This document shows, piece after piece, positions 61,665-64,000 of a stretch of DNA of 64,000 nucleotides. Position numbers and translations under genes: made by a program. Each line of letters starts with the position of its first letter. Within the stretch, counting starts at the first letter, position 1. The notes under the pieces are model-generated. The model had not been told where the DNA came from and made no database searches. It worked only from the letters and a program-made list of their open reading frames with translations. This DNA comes from Tubulanus polymorphus (taxonomy: Eukaryota > Animalia > Nemertea). The DNA is taken from contig NW_027437470.1 in assembly GCF_964204645.1 (NCBI RefSeq), positions 9,001 through 73,000 on the forward strand, read 5' to 3'.

Positions 61665-63130
61665 AAATTACCGCTAGTTAGCGTCATTCGTAATAAGTCA
61701 TAAACTTTCAAATTCAAGTAGTTCAAAACGTAAACCAAACCTTAAGCACAGCAGATGACTGGACCGAAGATCTAGACAGGAAATTGTTAGAATTATGGCG
61801 TGAGTGGCCATCTTTATATGATGTCCCTAGCACATTGTTTTTAAAACAGAATCAGAAAGATAAAGATCTTAAAGAAATAGCTTTTCTAATAGAAATATAT
61901 TTCCCATTAATTCAAAATAATTCAAATTCATGCCCAAAATGATTATGATGTGACCATCTGAGCTGTTGCAGTTGCCAGTAATTGTAACCGACATAAGCAG
62001 GGAAGCAACTGGGAGGATCTCGTATCCCGATAGCGACAGTGGGCCTCAGTTGTGCGAATTGGAGCGCAGTCGACTTAAGCTGGGCTGCGATCGCGGTTGC
62101 TATCAGTTGCGTCGGTAGCAGTCGTTAGGCGACGCATTGCTTGTCGACATAAGCCAGCCTTAAGGTAACTTAGCATCAAGAAAACTGGCGAAAATGTGGG
62201 TTCAAAATGCGGAAATTTATTTGTGTTTACCACGTGGGCACGGCTGGTTGATTGATAGCATCGAATTTTTCGTGATAGTAAGCCTGATATTAGCACGACT
62301 GGAATACTTGTTTTATCGGCATTAATTGAAGTAATTTTATGGACGTTAGCATAGTGCTCCGTTTTAGAGCCTAGTTATCTGTATTAGTGAGTAGTGCATG
62401 TGTGGTAAAGTCGAGTCAGCAATATCGCCTTATATTCTTGCGTTCACGCATGTATTTATCAGTAATAGATAACGCCGCGTACAACAATGATGCATCAGAT
62501 TCATTGTTTTTAAGCTTAGCCCATTTAGCCTATGCCTGCCTGCTAAAAACAATCCTATCAACACCATCAGATTGCCCATCATATAATCACTGAGGCCTGT
62601 TTCACATATAAACTATGAATAGAAAAACCAGGGCTAAAATAAAACAGGATTTCTGATAGGCTAATAATGACATCATCTAAGCTGCCTGCTTGGTCTAATG
62701 TGGCAGGGTTTCATACCGTGGTGAATTGTGGTGCCATCACTTATTCATATTCATCATTTATCACAGCGTAAGAAATTGATTTTATTTTCCCACAGAAACT
62801 CAGAACTTGGCATCAGCAAATTCGAATAGATTGTTTATTGGCAATTTATCGTTTGATACTGATAACGACAGTTTATCAGCAGCATTTCCGACATGTCAGT
62901 CCGCTCGAATTGCCTGGAGTTATGATGAAAATCGTTCTAAAGGGTTTGTATTTGAGAAATTTATTAGGGTTATTCATTCTGTGATGAGCCGTGTTTATTA
63001 CATGACTCCATGAAATCTTCATTCAGATTTGGTTTTGTTGAATTTGCAAGTGCTGAAGAGGCAAAACAAGCTTATGATTCAGCAGTAGGATTGACAGTAG
63101 ATGGCAACGCTGTCCGAGTTCAATTCTCAG
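40947..63130 (+). CDS. NCL: Nucleolin-like protein (acidic/serine-rich N-terminus, bipartite NLS, 4 RRMs); 3' end outside the window
   Basis: Phase-compatible GT-AG exons: 40947-40961 (tentative, MSPLK), 44688-44763, 44860-44946, 51496-51555, 51769-51864, 53605-53694, 53786-53896, 55449-55538, 55609-55720 or 55761-55872, 57606-57724, 57806-57929, 59901-60040, 60247-60379, 60486-60607, 62796-62943, 63027-63130. Motifs RYGFVEL, EKQGVEIGG, PSNSLMVKGLSE, SKGFGFVEF (twice) and LFIGNLSF. Confidence 0.85.
41770..43033 (+). mobile_element. Helentron-associated non-autonomous element (HINE/DINE-1-like), complete
   Basis: SubTIRs GCCCACTTGGGA / TCCCAAGTGGGC, GTCC-type microsatellite near the 5' end, ~154-bp internal tandem units, 3' hairpin GTCCGTGGAC followed by CTAGT, T-rich 5' flank. 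Confidence 0.75.
43034..43872 (-). mobile_element. Truncated Ty1/Copia retrotransposon: 5' LTR (43715-43872), PBS and degenerate gag
   Basis: Minus-strand TG...CA LTR containing AATAAA, followed by the copia-type PBS GGTTATGGGCCCAG; gag fragment LDDRSLSLVMRDA...IISLYQELTSL (ORF 43147-43563). Confidence 0.85.
46428..46748 (+). repeat. 31-bp minisatellite array 1
   Basis: Unit TTTTGGTTTTGTCGCCCGCGACAATTCATTA, about 10 copies. Confidence 0.9.
47876..48647 (+). repeat. 31-bp minisatellite array 2
   Basis: Same unit, more than 20 copies; explains the repetitive ORFs at 47872-48531. Confidence 0.9.
48652..49820 (+). mobile_element. Second, 3'-truncated copy of the HINE family
   Basis: Highly similar to 41770-42940. 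Further fragments at ~7610-7670 (5' end), ~53515-53570 and ~55226-55381 (3' end). Confidence 0.8.
49956..50462 (+). mobile_element. Second HINE-like family element
   Basis: 5' AGGGTTTTCTG..GAAAACCCT hairpin plus (ATT)n; 3' CAGAAAACCCG plus GCTGCTTTGCAGC hairpin. A related 5' end lies at ~45317. Confidence 0.55.
56389..57280. mobile_element. Probable TIR MITE (Harbinger-like)
   Basis: Imperfect TIRs GCCTGTGTTAATCAAAGCGGT / ACCGCTTTGAAAAATACAGGC; repeated subterminal GGTGATA/TATCAC motifs. Confidence 0.5.
58700..59070 (+). pseudogene. Degenerate TTF-type zinc-finger fragment (hAT/ZNF862-like transposase remnant)
   Basis: Translation KICKEFPDAA...*AYINGTQNVKLSTVNDHEGSDGH resembles the C..C...G..N.K....H..S..H pattern; contains a stop. 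Confidence 0.4.
59330..59862 (+). mobile_element. HINE-like interspersed repeat
   Basis: GTCCATCCGTCTGTCCGT microsatellite, AAGGTCAAGGTCA motif, 3' end CTCTTGTTT. Confidence 0.4.
61306..62160. mobile_element. PIF/Harbinger deletion derivative with a MADF-domain remnant
   Basis: TIR AGGCTGGCTTAT / ATAAGCCAGCCT with TAA TSD; internal WTEDLDRKLLELWREWPSLYDVPS (~61754-61880) fits the MADF/SANT partner protein of Harbingers. Confidence 0.8.
61575..61660. repeat. (TA)n microsatellite
   Basis: About 43 TA units. Confidence 0.97.
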
Positions 63131-63258
63131 GTAGGTTTATTCATATGAAATAAACAATATTAGATACTACTTTCTAGTAAAACTTGCTTAATTTGGATCA
63201 GGGTTATTCGGATTTTGATGTAAATTGTACCAATTCTTCTAATTAAATCCTGTTCAGC

Positions 63259-64000
63259 TTTCCCTTAAAGAAAAATATCGCTTTTATTCGGATCTGAATT
63301 CTCTTTATTCAGACTGAAATTACAGTACCTTAAGAAAATTTCTATTGAAATAATGTACACTTAATTCGGATCGGTAATCTGTTGAGATTTACTATTTCCG
63401 TCGAGTACTGTACCCTTTCCTATGGTTTTTGCCAATATTTTCTAAATTTGGATTTATCGCCAATGGTTTTTCTATACGACCCGGCCCTGCGGTATTGCAT
63501 TTAGCCACCGGCGAAATCCGCCATCTTTTTTCTTGGCGTTCTTGCAGTAGAACGCGTTGGATTTTTTCGCCGTAAAAATCTGGGAATTAGGATATTAGGG
63601 AGTTTTCACTCTCATAACGGTGAGTCCGTTCGGTTTGGGGGTTATCCCTGGTTTCTTTTTTTCCGTAAGAATTTTATTTACAAATATTGATTGAATTGAA
63701 TTGTTTTGATTTGTAACAGGATAATTATGCCACCCCCTCCTAAGGGTCAGCATCGTGGCGGGGAGGGATGCGGGCATTTGTTTGGCGCCTGGGACAACCA
63801 CGATTCATGTGCGTCGTGCAGGCGCAAATCCGGTCAAATATGCGCAAGGAGCAATCCTTGCAATATTTGCGTCGTGTGGTCCGAGGACCTTTGGCTTCGG
63901 GCCGATAAGGCTCTTAAACTAAGAGATCGTCGTCGAGTTAGCAGGGATTCGTCGGTTTCGGCCGACGTGCCAACCGACGTTTCTAATCCTGTTTCTTATC
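63259..64000 (+). mobile_element. 5' end of a DIRS-like tyrosine-recombinase retrotransposon; gag-like ORF from 63727 runs off the window
   Basis: MPPPPKGQHRGGEGCGHLFGAWDNHDSCASCRRK...CARSNPCNIC..W resembles the Cys/His-rich DIRS1 Gag N-terminus. Candidate TTTCCC start with repeated ATTCGGATC; left boundary uncertain. Confidence 0.65.

Noticed and set aside
57930-63026. Intronic snoRNAs, expected because vertebrate nucleolin hosts them
   Set aside because: No convincing paired C/D boxes with a terminal stem, or H/ACA structure, could be identified by eye. This needs snoscan/Infernal.

Overview
AT-rich, intron-containing eukaryotic DNA, most likely from an invertebrate animal (inferred from spliceosomal introns and the TE repertoire). 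(1) 1-5.1 kb: 3' half of a BEL/Pao LTR retrotransposon with an open pol and a probable 3' LTR. (2) 5-17 kb: DNA-transposon remnants, including a 6.4-kb IS3EU-like TIR element carrying a spliced SAM/'GGGTR' cargo gene and a 3.5-kb foldback element. (3) 17162-36295: a complete but decaying 19.1-kb Polinton/Maverick-type endogenous virus with a perfect 6-bp TSD (TAAACT) and ~560-bp TIRs. It encodes pPolB, integrase, packaging ATPase, major and minor capsid proteins, an NCLDV-type HNH endonuclease and several membrane proteins. (4) 40.9-63.1 kb: a TE-riddled nucleolin-like gene (acidic N-terminus, four RRMs), with a DIRS-like retrotransposon starting at the window end. The main candidate for an undescribed system is the Polinton-like virus. 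Each end is a ~410-bp fold-back palindrome flush with the terminus. Nearly all genes start at a poxvirus-like (W)ATAAATG motif, with A-rich versus T-rich upstream classes. No cysteine protease is recognisable, but there is a membrane-protein block. Together these suggest a hairpin-ended, possibly helper-virus-dependent virus (inference). The nucleolin-like gene also has a pair of apparently mutually exclusive RRM1 exons and a duplicated NLS exon module. All coordinates and family calls were made by eye; no searches were run.
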